Assembly (NCBI GenBank): GCA_963737155.1
Contig: CAVTRN010000001.1
Location: 1,632,001-1,696,000 of the forward strand
DNA: 64,000 bases
From: Nitrospirota bacterium
GTDB lineage: Bacteria > Nitrospirota > UBA9217
Direction of reading: 5' to 3'
In this document: positions 32,424-42,851 of the stretch, piece by piece
How positions within the stretch are numbered: position 1 is the first letter of the stretch
Layout: each line of letters starts with the position of its first letter
Program-made: the position numbers and the translations under genes
Notes under the pieces: generated by a model
Told to the model about the DNA's origin: nothing
Seen by the model: only the letters and a program-made list of their open reading frames with translations
Databases searched by the model: none

Positions 32424-33443
32424 ATGAAACAATATATTTCGAAGGGTAGCTTGCTGCTGTCAGTCTCAGTGATCATCAGCTGCATCCTCTATCCGATGGT
32501 ACTATGGGTGATAGGACAGACCATCTTTCCCTTTCAGGCCAACGGCAGCCTGCTGGAAGGTCCTGATGGAACCGTAGTGGGATCGAAGCTCGTTGCCCAG
32601 CCATTTACGAAGGACGAGTATTTTCAACCCCGCCCCTCGGCGGCGTCTTACGATGCGTCTGCCTCGGCCTCGTCGGCCCTCGCTGCCTCCAACTATGCGC
32701 TGCGCGACAGGGTCGCCCGCTCGCTCGGTCCGATCGTAAAATATAAAAGCGGACCCAAGGCCGGCCAGCTGGCAGCGCCCGATATCGAGCAGTGGTTCCA
32801 AAAGGACATTTTCCAGGGCAACCCGCACATCGTCTCTCAGTGGGCTGACCTGCACAACTCCCTTGCTCAGGCCTGGGTCGGTGCTGACCCGAAAAACGGT
32901 GCTTATGTGGACGATTGGGCAAAGGTGCACCCCTCTGTAGTAGCCCAGTTCATTAAGGACAATCCGGCAACACCTCAGCCAAAGGCAGCTGATCTGGCCG
33001 TCGTATTCTTCAAGGACTTCTCAGCGGAGCATCCCGGACAGTTCCCTTCAGCCGTGACCAAAACGGGGCCCGACGGCAAGCCACAGACGACGATAGAGCC
33101 GGTCAAGGAGGGTTCTGACATTCAGTCGATTTTCTTTGACATGTGGCGGCAGGACCATCCGGATGCGGACCTTCAGGATGTTCCCGGTGACCTCGTAACC
33201 GCATCCGGTTCCGGGCTTGACCCGCATATCACGCTTCAGAACGCAGAGTTTCAGCTCGATCGGGTAGCCACCAAATGGGCGGCTGACCTGAAACGTGATC
33301 CGTTGGCAGTCCGAAACGAGGTCGAGCAGATATTACAGAGGAATGCCTCGGCTCCGTTTGGAGGACTGGCGGGTGAGAAGTTTGTTAACGTGCTTGAAAT
33401 CAATCTCGAACTTCGCAAGCTCTACGGGGCGCCGTCGTCATAG
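32424..33443 (+). CDS. kdpC: K+-transporting ATPase subunit C (copy 2), long 339-aa form
   Basis: QANGSL, YFQPRPSA, TASGSGLDPHIT, VNVLEINLEL. Confidence 0.9.
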   Translation: MKQYISKGSLLLSVSVIISCILYPMVLWVIGQTIFPFQANGSLLEGPDGTVVGSKLVAQPFTKDEYFQPRPSAASYDASASASSALAASNYALRDRVARSLGPIVKYKSGPKAGQLAAPDIEQWFQKDIFQGNPHIVSQWADLHNSLAQAWVGADPKNGAYVDDWAKVHPSVVAQFIKDNPATPQPKAADLAVVFFKDFSAEHPGQFPSAVTKTGPDGKPQTTIEPVKEGSDIQSIFFDMWRQDHPDADLQDVPGDLVTASGSGLDPHITLQNAEFQLDRVATKWAADLKRDPLAVRNEVEQILQRNASAPFGGLAGEKFVNVLEINLELRKLYGAPSS

Positions 33444-33637
33444 CCTCACAACAGCAGAGATGATATGAATGAGGTGATCCGCATCCGCACCGGCTAGCGC
33501 GGCGAGATGATAATGTAACGATGGTAGTAAAATAAGGGGCGAGGGATGAGAGACGGGGGACTGATAAAATCGTTTGTAGTCCGACCGAAGAGATCGCCCT
33601 TGCTCCATTGTAATTCAATTAAAGAGGAGGAAGCAAC

Positions 33638-35053
33638 ATGGCGACACCCAACGATGTATTGAAGCTGGCAAAAGAAAACAACGCAATGATGGTGGACTTC
33701 AAATTCATGGACTACCCAGGGCTGTGGCAGCACTTCTCTGCGCCGCTTGCCGAACTTACCGAGGCCGTTTTTGAAGACGGGCTCGGGTTCGATGGCTCAA
33801 GTATCCGCGGTTGGCAGGCCATCCATGCGAGCGACATGCTCGTGGTCCCGGATGCGGAAACTGCGGTGATGGACCCTTTTACCAAGTACTCCACGCTCTC
33901 GCTTATCTGCAACATCGTAGACCCCATCACCAAGGAGCGCTATAGCCGCGACCCGCGCCATATCGCACAGAAGGCGGAAGCCTATCTGAAATCTACCGGC
34001 ATCGGTGACACAAGTTACATGGGTCCTGAACCTGAATTCTTCATCTTCGATGATGTCCGCTTCGACCAGAATTCCCACGAGGGCTACTATCACATTGACA
34101 GCGTGGAAGGTATCTGGAACAGTGGCCGCGTTGAAAATCCAAATCTGGGCTATAAGCCCCGCCATAAGGAGGGCTACTTCCCGGTGCCTCCGATCGATAG
34201 CCAGGAAGATATCCGCACCGAGATGGTTGAGGAAATGCAAAAGGTCGGGATCTATGTAGAAAAACAGCACCACGAAGTTGCAACCGCAGGCCAGGCCGAG
34301 ATCGACATGCGCTTCAGCCCACTGGTCAAAATGGCAGACCATCTCATGTATTTCAAGTACATTATTAAGAACGTGGCGAAGAGACACAACAAAACTGTGA
34401 CTTTCATGCCCAAACCGCTCTTCGGCGACAACGGCTCAGGCATGCACACCCACCAGTCCATCTGGAAGGGTGGCAAGCCCCTTTTCGCCGGCGACCAATA
34501 TGCTGGAATGTCCCAGCTTGCGCTCTATTATATCGGCGGCATTCTGAAGCACGCAAAAGTAATCGCGGCTTTCACGAACCCTACGACGAACTCCTACAAG
34601 CGCCTGACGCCAGGATTCGAAGCGCCGGTAAACCTGGCTTACTCCAGCCGGAACCGTTCCGCTTCCGTTCGCATCCCGATGTACAGCCCGAGCCCCAAAG
34701 CAAAACGCATCGAAGTAAGATTCCCCGATCCGTCGTGCAACCCCTATCTCGCCTTCGCAGCCATGCTCATGGCCGGTCTGGATGGTATCGAAAACAAGAT
34801 CGATCCAGGCCAGCCGCTCGACAAGGATATCTACGATATGGCGCCCGAAGAACTAGCCAATGTGCCGTCCATGCCCGGTTCGCTCGACGAGGCGCTCAAC
34901 AACCTCGAAGCGGATCACGCTTTCCTAATGAAGGGTGACGTGTTCACCAAGGACGCCATCGAGATGTGGCTAGAGTATAAGAGGACCAAAGAAGTGGATG
35001 CCCTCCGTCTCCGGCCCCATCCCTATGAATTTTTTCTGTACTACGACATCTAA
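33638..35053 (+). CDS. glnA: Type I glutamine synthetase
   Basis: [48 protein letters not shown]. Confidence 0.98.
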   Translation: MATPNDVLKLAKENNAMMVDFKFMDYPGLWQHFSAPLAELTEAVFEDGLGFDGSSIRGWQAIHASDMLVVPDAETAVMDPFTKYSTLSLICNIVDPITKERYSRDPRHIAQKAEAYLKSTGIGDTSYMGPEPEFFIFDDVRFDQNSHEGYYHIDSVEGIWNSGRVENPNLGYKPRHKEGYFPVPPIDSQEDIRTEMVEEMQKVGIYVEKQHHEVATAGQAEIDMRFSPLVKMADHLMYFKYIIKNVAKRHNKTVTFMPKPLFGDNGSGMHTHQSIWKGGKPLFAGDQYAGMSQLALYYIGGILKHAKVIAAFTNPTTNSYKRLTPGFEAPVNLAYSSRNRSASVRIPMYSPSPKAKRIEVRFPDPSCNPYLAFAAMLMAGLDGIENKIDPGQPLDKDIYDMAPEELANVPSMPGSLDEALNNLEADHAFLMKGDVFTKDAIEMWLEYKRTKEVDALRLRPHPYEFFLYYDI

Positions 35054-35076
35054 GAGCAGCCCTATACCGCACAAAC

Positions 35077-35114
35077 GAAACCGGAGCCTCTTCAAAGGGG
35101 TCCCGGTTTTTTTT
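35077..35114 (+). terminator. Intrinsic terminator after glnA
   Basis: GAAACCGGAGCCTCT…AGGGGTCCCGGTTTTTTTT. Confidence 0.75.
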
Positions 35115-35233
35115 ATGACGGCAATGCATATATCATCATCGCCGGAATATTTTACAAATAATTACTACAAGCTTCCCGCTGTCTTATTCCACCGAATATA
35201 GCTGATGTTACTTGCCATTTTGCTAAAAAGTGC

Positions 35234-35317
35234 CTTTATAAAATATTAATGTTTTGACTGCAATTTTAGCAGAATATTTATGCCACTTGTGTTTATAGTT
35301 AAACAATGCAAAGGAGG
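35234..35317 (+). promoter_or_regulatory. Conserved kdp-type promoter, copy 4
   Basis: ctttataaaatattaat…ttttagcagaatatttatgccacttgtgtttatagttaaacaatgcaaaggagg. Confidence 0.68.
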
Positions 35318-35443
35318 TTGTTCGCTGCAGCTCAGTGAGGAGCCATCAGATTTAAAGCAGGGACCCGGGCTGAAACATCTTTGCTTTTTCTCTCAAACAA
35401 ATTGTCATGAGCTGTTATTTGAAATTGCATTGAGGTGAACCAA

Positions 35444-37102
35444 ATGAGACACGTAAATGTACTGAAGCCTGCAAAAGAGAACAAACCTAGAATGGTGGAT
35501 TTTAAGCTCAAGGATTACCCCGGATTGCAGCGGCATTTCTCCGACCCCGTAGAAAAGTTGAACGAGGTTATCTTTGAAGAAGGCCTCGGGTTCGACGTCG
35601 CCAATATCCGTGGCTGGCAGGCCATCCACACGAGCGCCATGAAGGATGAGCAGTTTCGCACACCCCTGTTTGACGCAATGGTCAATCTTGCGGAAAGCCG
35701 CAAGGTTTCCTTTCATACCCCCGGTCATAAAAGCGGGAAAGGCATATCCACCCGGTTCCGCGAATTCGTGGGACCGCGCATTTTTACCATCGATTTGACG
35801 ACCCTTGACGAAGTAGACTCCTTGCAAAACCCCACCGGCGTAATCAAGGAAGCCCAGGAACTGGCCGCCAAAGCAGCAGGTGCCGACCGCTCTTACTTTC
35901 TCGTGAACGGAACGACTGTGGGTAACCATGCTATGGTGGCTTGCACGACCGGCCCCGGGGACAAGGTTCTGATAGCCAGAAACTGCCACCGTTCAGTGCT
36001 TACCGGTCTTATCATGAGCGGCGCCCAGCCAATCTTTTTCCAGCCAGCCTTTAGCCGGGACTTGAAGCTCACCCTGAACGTCACATTCGAGACCGCGAAG
36101 CAGGCCATTGACGCAAACCCGGACGCCCGCGCTCTTCTGATCACTAGCCCGAACTACTACGGTCTCTGCGCAGACATTGAAAAAATAATTCCCTACGCTC
36201 ACGAGAAGGGTCTTTTCGTGTGCGTGGACGAAGCGCATGGTCCTCATCTGAAGTTCAACCCCAAGCTCCCCAAATGCGCCCTTGATGCCGGCGCCGACCT
36301 CTGCGTCCAATCAACCCACAAGATCGTCGGCGGTATGACACAGGCGTCAATGCTGCATGCAAAAACAGGCAGAATCAATATCGATGACGTGACGAACACG
36401 TTAAAGCTCCTCCAGACAACGAGCCCCTCCTACATCCTGATGGCGTCTTTGGACCTTGCCCGGATGCAGATGGCGACAGAAGGTAAGACACTCCTCAACC
36501 GTGCCATTAAACTCGCCGAGGAAGCCCGGTCCAAAATCCAAAAAATCAACGGCATCAGCTGCTTTGGTAGAGAGCGGGTGAAAGCCGTCGGCATGGCTGA
36601 CATGGACGTGACGAAACTCATGATCACGGTTTCGGACTTGGGGCTCTCCGGCTACCACGTGTCCCATTTGTTGAATACGAGATTCGGCATCCAGGTCGAG
36701 ATGGCTGACCCTTTCCATGTGCTTGTTATTGTTTCGATCGGCGACCGGCAGGACGACCTCGACCGTCTCGTGGAAGCCCTCCGGCAAATATCGGCGGAGA
36801 CCGGGCCCCAGAGAGCGCGACTGCCGCTGGACAAGGTTCATCCGCCAATGCTTCAGAACCGCTTCGCCATGACCCCGCGTAAGGCTTTCTATTCAGATAG
36901 TGAGTGGGTGCACGTGAATGATTCCGCAGGCAGGGTTTCAACGGAGATCGTGACCGTATACCCCCCGGGCATCCCACTCCTCGTGCCCGGAGAAGAGATC
37001 TCTCAAAATGCCATCGATTACTTCCAGAACATGGCAGGCCTCGGCGCAACCATCGACGGGTTGACTGAAAATGACACGCTCATACGCGTGTCTAAAACCT
37101 AA
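35444..37102 (+). CDS. Arg/Lys/Orn decarboxylase (fold type I) with an in-frame GlnA-derived N-terminus
   Basis: SFHTPGHK, LVNGTT, RNCHRS, DEAHG, QSTHK, TTSPSY, YPPGIP; first ~65 aa resemble the GlnA N-terminus. Confidence 0.88.
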   Translation: MRHVNVLKPAKENKPRMVDFKLKDYPGLQRHFSDPVEKLNEVIFEEGLGFDVANIRGWQAIHTSAMKDEQFRTPLFDAMVNLAESRKVSFHTPGHKSGKGISTRFREFVGPRIFTIDLTTLDEVDSLQNPTGVIKEAQELAAKAAGADRSYFLVNGTTVGNHAMVACTTGPGDKVLIARNCHRSVLTGLIMSGAQPIFFQPAFSRDLKLTLNVTFETAKQAIDANPDARALLITSPNYYGLCADIEKIIPYAHEKGLFVCVDEAHGPHLKFNPKLPKCALDAGADLCVQSTHKIVGGMTQASMLHAKTGRINIDDVTNTLKLLQTTSPSYILMASLDLARMQMATEGKTLLNRAIKLAEEARSKIQKINGISCFGRERVKAVGMADMDVTKLMITVSDLGLSGYHVSHLLNTRFGIQVEMADPFHVLVIVSIGDRQDDLDRLVEALRQISAETGPQRARLPLDKVHPPMLQNRFAMTPRKAFYSDSEWVHVNDSAGRVSTEIVTVYPPGIPLLVPGEEISQNAIDYFQNMAGLGATIDGLTENDTLIRVSKT

Positions 37103-37130
37103 ATCCGGCAAACCATTGAGAAGGACCAAG

Positions 37131-37238
37131 GACACCCAACTATGTACTGAAACTGGCAAAAGAAATAAAACAGAGATGGAGGATTTTAAGTTCGTGGATT
37201 ACCCCGGTTTGTAGCAGCATTTCTCAGTCCACGCCGAA
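37131..37238 (+). pseudogene. Third, decayed glnA 5' fragment
   Basis: gacacccaactatgtactgaaactggcaaaagaa…gattaccccggtttgtagcagcatttctc aligns with glnA 33642-33750; contains a stop and an indel. Confidence 0.8.
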
Positions 37239-37476
37239 GTGTACCGCAGCGTTGTTCCAAGCCCTGGGCGTCGGATGGTGGAAACGGACCGATGTGCTCT
37301 CCAAGGATGGCCAGTAACGCACGCAGTAGGTGCTGTCGCAGCGAATGGATTTCTACAATGCCGATGCACTACCATCGGATGCCTATGAGAGTACATCAAA
37401 ACTCGGTACTCACAAGTTAAGTTATTGTTGACCGCTTTATTATTATATTCTTGGAATAGTATTAGTCATGATATTA

Positions 37477-39059
37477 GAGCCTGTTGCATAAATCATTTGA
37501 CATTAATATACGAATAGTATAGTATTGGTCATCACGCATATAAGGAGACGCTGGATGGCCTACAATTTCAAAGACTGTAACCGAGATCAAGTATATCTCA
37601 TGCCGCCCACCTTGCAGGAGTGGCTACCATCCAAGGACCTTGTTTGGCTGGTCCTTGACGTCGTGGCAGAAATGGATCTTACGGCATTCTACCGAAAATA
37701 CCGCCAGGACGGAAAAGGCCAGGCAGCTTTTGAGCCGTCAATGATGGTCTCCCTGCTGTTATATGCCTACAGCCTCGGTATCCGATCATCCCGTGAGATT
37801 GAGAAGCTGTGCGAACGGGACATCGGGTTCAAGGTAATTGCTGCCAACCAGGTTCCGGACCACTGCACCATCAGCCGATTTCGGAAGGACAACGGCCAGG
37901 CACTGGAGGGGCTGTTCAAACAGATGCGCAAGCTCTGCAAGGAAGCCGGGCTCGTCAAAGTCGGCATCGTGGCCCTTGACGGGAGCAAGATAAAGGCTAA
38001 CGCAGCCCTGGAAGCCAACCGCACGTACGAGCATATCGAGCAGGAAGTGAAGAGGATGCTCGATGAAGCGGAGGCCAAGGACACCGAGGAAGACCGGCAG
38101 TACGGCCAAAACAAACGCGGCGATGAACTTCCTGATGAACTTGCCGACCGGACCAGCCGCAGAGCTCGCCTTGCCGCGTGCAAGAAGCGGTTGGAAGAAC
38201 AGGCTGCAGAGGCAGCAGCCGAGCAACAGTCAAAGATCGAAGAACGACAGGCCCAAGAGGCTGAAACCGGCAACAAGAAACGGGGGCGCAAACCTCAGGA
38301 GCCTGATCCGACGCCATCGTCGGAAGCGAAGGCCAATATGACCGATCCGGACAGCAGGATCATGAAAACCCGAAGCGGATATGTTCAGGGCTACAACAGC
38401 CAGGCCGTGGTCACCAAGGAGCAGATCATCATCGCCGCCGAGGTCACGAACCAGGAAAACGACATCAACCAGCTGCATCCCATGATCCAGAAGGCTCAGG
38501 AGAGCTTAAACGAGATCGCCCTGCAAAAAGAACTGAAGATCGAAATATCTCTGAGCGATGCCGGCTACGCAAGTGAGAAGAACTTTGCGGCCATCACTCC
38601 CGACGGTCCCGAACATCTTATCGCAACCAAGAAAGACTGGAAGCAACGTAAAGAGGCCGCCGCATCATCCCCGCCCCAAGGGAGGATACCAAAAAGCCTG
38701 ACACTCCGGCAGAGGATGGAGAGGAAGCTCCTGACCAAGCGGGGCAGAGAGCTTTATAAGAAACGAGGCCAGACCGTCGAACCGATCTTTGGCCAGATTA
38801 AAGACAATCGCGGCATCCGGCACTACATGCGCCGAGGGCTTGAAGCCTGCTCCCAGGAATGGAAACTCATCTGCACGACGCACAATCTCTTGAAGCTTTG
38901 GCGAAGCGGCAAAGGGATTGCGGCCCAGATGGCAGTATAAAGAACGAAAACGACAGCTGATTCATGCCGTGTGCTTCGCAGAGATACCCCATTTGCAGTC
39001 TGGCACTATCCCATATGGGCGATCATAAACGGCTACGCTGGCATTTGAGCAACAAGCTC
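37477..39059 (+). mobile_element. IS1182-family IS, copy 2 (1583 bp, TSD ATTA)
   Basis: Same IRs as copy 1 with one change in the right IR; ATTA on both flanks. Confidence 0.92.
37555..38940 (+). CDS. IS1182-family transposase
   Basis: About 7 aa differences from copy 1 by visual comparison. Confidence 0.93.
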   Translation: MAYNFKDCNRDQVYLMPPTLQEWLPSKDLVWLVLDVVAEMDLTAFYRKYRQDGKGQAAFEPSMMVSLLLYAYSLGIRSSREIEKLCERDIGFKVIAANQVPDHCTISRFRKDNGQALEGLFKQMRKLCKEAGLVKVGIVALDGSKIKANAALEANRTYEHIEQEVKRMLDEAEAKDTEEDRQYGQNKRGDELPDELADRTSRRARLAACKKRLEEQAAEAAAEQQSKIEERQAQEAETGNKKRGRKPQEPDPTPSSEAKANMTDPDSRIMKTRSGYVQGYNSQAVVTKEQIIIAAEVTNQENDINQLHPMIQKAQESLNEIALQKELKIEISLSDAGYASEKNFAAITPDGPEHLIATKKDWKQRKEAAASSPPQGRIPKSLTLRQRMERKLLTKRGRELYKKRGQTVEPIFGQIKDNRGIRHYMRRGLEACSQEWKLICTTHNLLKLWRSGKGIAAQMAV

Positions 39060-39232
39060 ATTAATGTATTTAAAGCGGTTGATGACCATGGTGTAAGTAA
39101 GAACATGAATTCTTTATCATCTGCAACTTAATGTCCGCTTTTTCGTTCCCCTTGCAACGCAGACTAATTTTTGCAAAACTGTGGGCTTACGGTCTCATAT
39201 GTAATTTTCAATCAGTAGTCTGTATAGATAAT

Positions 39233-39262
39233 TTGTCAACACGGCTGCAAGCTAGTAGGTGT
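39233..39262 (+). repeat. 30-bp direct repeat (partner at 41173-41202)
   Basis: TTGTCAACACGGCTGCAAGCT(ag/ta)TAGGTGT. Confidence 0.75.
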
Positions 39263-39416
39263 TGATGTGATAGACATATTTTTTGACGGGGTGTAGAATA
39301 GTAGTTGTAGCATGCGATACGACCTCTTTCTTGTAGTTATTGTCGTTTAAATTCTTAGAAAAATACCTGATCTAAATGAAATATGACAACTGGGAATAGA
39401 TAACGAGGTATTCACA

Positions 39417-40199
39417 ATGCGGAATAAAACAGCCCTAATAACGGGTGCCTCAAGCGGTATCGGTTATGAAATCGCAAAAATCCTAGCAAAGGATAGCGAT
39501 ATCCTTGTGCTGGTATCGAGAAAACGAGAACGACTCCTTGAAGTGAAAAGGGAACTAGAGAATTACGCCCCTGTGTCCGTGAAGGTAATCGTCAAAGATC
39601 TTTCGCAGCCGGGAGCGGTGGAGGACATTTACCGCGAGCTTGAGAGTGAGAAGATCAGCGTGGATATCCTGATCAATAATGCAGGTGTCGGTCATTTGGG
39701 CTCATTCACCGAAACAGATTGGCGGCACGATGCCGATATCATTGCGACAAACATCACGGCGTTGACGCATATGACAAAGCTCTTTGTAAAAGATATGATT
39801 GCGCGAAAAAAAGGAAGAATCATGAACGTGGCATCGACAGCAGCGTTCCAGCCAGGGCCACTCATGGCCGTCTACTATGCCTCAAAAGCCTATGTACTGT
39901 CCTTTTCTGAGGCAATTGCAAATGAGCTTCGAGGCACCGGTGTTACCATCACGGCACTTTGTCCCGGTCCAACGGCCACGAATTTTGCCAAAGTTGCCGA
40001 CATGGAGCGATCAAAGCTTTTCATGCTCAAGCCTCCCGCATCGGCAATGGACGTTGCGCATTATGGCTACGACGCAATGATGAAAGGAAAGACCGTTGCT
40101 GTACATGGCGCGGTAAACAAGATCATAGCCTTCAGTGTAAGGCTTTCGCCAAGAAAACTTTTATCCCTTATCTCGCGCCGCTTGAATGAGAAGAACTGA
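39417..40199 (+). CDS. SDR family oxidoreductase
   Basis: TGASSGIG, NNAG, YYASK. Confidence 0.92.
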   Translation: MRNKTALITGASSGIGYEIAKILAKDSDILVLVSRKRERLLEVKRELENYAPVSVKVIVKDLSQPGAVEDIYRELESEKISVDILINNAGVGHLGSFTETDWRHDADIIATNITALTHMTKLFVKDMIARKKGRIMNVASTAAFQPGPLMAVYYASKAYVLSFSEAIANELRGTGVTITALCPGPTATNFAKVADMERSKLFMLKPPASAMDVAHYGYDAMMKGKTVAVHGAVNKIIAFSVRLSPRKLLSLISRRLNEKN

Positions 40200-40229
40200 G
40201 TATTGCAATTAGTTAAGAAGGAGGTAAAC

Positions 40230-40823
40230 ATGCGTGTTGTCGTAATCGGGGCTACAGGCACCATCGGTAAAGCAGTCGTGGCGGCACTCGATCGTGATCA
40301 CGAAGTGCTACCCATCAGCCGGAATTCGAAAATTCGTGTGGACATCACCGATCCAGAATCCATTCGCACAATGTACAAGACGATTGGTGCGATTGATGCG
40401 GTCATCAGTGCGACTGGCCAGGCGCGCTTCGCGCCACTGATGCAGCTAACGGATGCGGATTTTCAGTTCTCGCTAAATAACAAGCTCATGGGGCAGGTGA
40501 ACCTGGTCCGTTTCGGCATGGACTCGATGCGCGATCACGGCTGCTTTACGCTTACCAGCGGCATTCTGGCGCGATCCCCGATGAAAGGGAGCGGTGTGAT
40601 CAGCTTAGTGAACGCCGGATTAGAGGGGTTCGTCCGCGTGGCCGCGCTCGAAGCGCCCCGTGGCATCCGGGTTAACATAGTCAGTCCGCCATGGATAACC
40701 GACACACTCCGGGCGCTCGGTATGGATCCGTCACACGGCCTCTCCCCTGAGGCCGCCTCCAAGCTCTATGTGCAAAGCCTTGGCGGAAATCAGTCCGGCG
40801 TCGTTATCGAAGCAACTGTTTGA
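40230..40823 (+). CDS. Short-chain dehydrogenase (atypical SDR)
   Basis: IGATGTIG, NKLMGQVNLV, GIRVNIVSP. Confidence 0.88.
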   Translation: MRVVVIGATGTIGKAVVAALDRDHEVLPISRNSKIRVDITDPESIRTMYKTIGAIDAVISATGQARFAPLMQLTDADFQFSLNNKLMGQVNLVRFGMDSMRDHGCFTLTSGILARSPMKGSGVISLVNAGLEGFVRVAALEAPRGIRVNIVSPPWITDTLRALGMDPSHGLSPEAASKLYVQSLGGNQSGVVIEATV

Positions 40824-41319
40824 GTAATACTACATCTGTAAAAAAGAATTCTGCTGACGTGTTAAAAGTTGCGCTCGATAAGAACCTGATATGAAGGAAA
40901 AACAAAAAAAGACACTATAACTTCTAATTGGCGTATTCCTACTTCTAGTATTTACATAGTTCTTGATAGTGCTTAATCTGTAAAAATTATCCGGAAGATA
41001 TGATTGGAATCCACTTAGATCGCCAGCTCTGATAGAATTCCTCATATTTGATGTCATTGTTATTGTGCCTTTCGTTATATTAACAATGATTGCAGGGAAA
41101 TATCTCATTATAATAAAAATGATTAGCATGTCACTCGTATGCAATTATCACCTAGAATATTGCATTGATACATTGTCAACACGGCTGCAAGCTTATAGGT
41201 GTAGTCGATGGATGTCATTAGCCGAATGAAGTAAAGATTATCAGTTGAAACATTCAGTGCTCACTTCTTTCCGTATTCCGTATCATTTAGGCCGTCCTAT
41301 TTTCTGCTTTATCTTACAT

Positions 41320-42694
41320 GGCTCATGGCACCCTTCTGTGGGTAAAAGACCACGGATGGAATCGATTCATCCAGGGAGTGCAGGCCTGAATGATCTTCAA
41401 ATCTAGATAGGCATTGTCTCGATAACCGTATGCGCGGCGAATTACATTTCTTGCTTTAGCGTTTGCGGCCTCAATAAATCCAAGCGGCGCTTTATTATCG
41501 CAATACGCCAAAATACCATCCAGATGCTTTTCCACCATACGTGCGAATTTTTGCATCGGCTTCAGTCGACTCCATTTAAGTTGGTCTACCCAACCTCGAA
41601 AGAACTTGCGTGCCCATGTTATTGATTCATAGCTCCACAAGTGCCCAAACGTCTCTTTCATCAAATGCGCCTTAAACAATCGCTTATTTGCTCGCAATGC
41701 GTCATTCAGCTCTACCCGCGCATTTCCTCGTACATGGGCTTGACGGGAAAGCAGAATAAATTTTTTCCCCGACAGTCGGCCTTTCATCCATTTCCCGGCC
41801 TTTCGGATCTCCTGTACTCGCACAGCATTAAGAGCTTTTAGTAAGTGTTGGATAACGTGAAACTTATCGTAAATAATCTGCGCACTCGGACAGTGCTTGC
41901 GGACACTGTTGCGGAACGGCTTCCACATGTCCATTACTGCATGGGTGATTATATGAGCACGCTCTTTGCCAAACCACTTCCAGAACTTGCTCAAGTTGCG
42001 TTCTTTTCGCCCTTTTCCCACAAACAGCATCTCGGGACCACGAGGTCCATCCAGAGCGCTTATCATGTGCTTATACTTATGACCCTTGCCCTTTCCATGG
42101 GAAAGTTCATCCATGCCCAATACGTTTATGCCGTCCAGAGGGCGGTTTGCCTGCTCTTCTTGTAATGCCTGTTTATCGATCGCCTTGACCGTATGTCGGT
42201 GCAGCATCAGGATATCGCCCACGGCCTTGACCGTTGTCACTTTGCACAATTCCTTGGTTACATGCGCCAATTCTGCGGTGACCCGCGGTCCTCGGACATC
42301 TACAAAATCAAGAGGTTCCGATAAAATCCCGCACGCTTTACAGTTGCCGCGGTAGCGCTCGAATCGGATAAATGTTGGGGTACTCCAAAACAGTAAATGG
42401 CGGACCTCAAATTCCTTGCTGTCGTATCCGCCGACGTCTATTACACCACACTTCGCGCATGTATGAGTTTTATGATCCCGAGCTATCGTAACAATGACGG
42501 ATATACGTTCCTTTCGGTATCCTATATCAAACTCCGTCACATGATGCCCTTGAATTCCTAATAAGCGTGTGAGATAATCTAAATGCATCCGGAAGGCCCC
42601 TCCTTGCTTAATGATTGCGAGTCATTTGCAAGAAGTTAACGCTTTCCGGGTGTCTTTTCAACGCATTTCAGCCCATAGTATCGTGCCAAGAGCC
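41320..42694 (-). mobile_element. ISL3-family IS with 8-bp TSD TCTTACAT
   Basis: IRs GGCTC(A/T)TGGCAC; TCTTACAT at 41312-41319 and 42695-42702. Confidence 0.93.
41323..42588 (-). CDS. ISL3-family transposase
   Basis: Zn finger CxxC..CxxC, LGMDE, MDMWKPF, YDKFHV, RRAYGYR. Confidence 0.93.
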   Translation of the reverse strand: MHLDYLTRLLGIQGHHVTEFDIGYRKERISVIVTIARDHKTHTCAKCGVIDVGGYDSKEFEVRHLLFWSTPTFIRFERYRGNCKACGILSEPLDFVDVRGPRVTAELAHVTKELCKVTTVKAVGDILMLHRHTVKAIDKQALQEEQANRPLDGINVLGMDELSHGKGKGHKYKHMISALDGPRGPEMLFVGKGRKERNLSKFWKWFGKERAHIITHAVMDMWKPFRNSVRKHCPSAQIIYDKFHVIQHLLKALNAVRVQEIRKAGKWMKGRLSGKKFILLSRQAHVRGNARVELNDALRANKRLFKAHLMKETFGHLWSYESITWARKFFRGWVDQLKWSRLKPMQKFARMVEKHLDGILAYCDNKAPLGFIEAANAKARNVIRRAYGYRDNAYLDLKIIQACTPWMNRFHPWSFTHRRVP

Positions 42695-42851
42695 TCTTAC
42701 ATAATAATTCTATTATACTTTCCGCATCAAGTAATCAACCTTTTGATTGCGGGCAACGGCGTAAATACCCCTAAAGGCTGATTAGAATGTTCAACATTCT
42801 TACCCAGAGACTGCATCATACCGCGAATCAAGAAGAGACGATAATCACCAT

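Noticed and set aside
35160-35235. Sigma-54 promoter or NtrC boxes upstream of the decarboxylase or glnA
   Set aside because: No convincing TGGCAC-N5-TTGC or TGCAC-N7-GTGCA match was found.
5445-39059. Composite transposon formed by the two direct IS1182 copies around the kdp/N region
   Set aside because: Each copy has its own matching TSD (ATAA; ATTA), indicating independent insertions.
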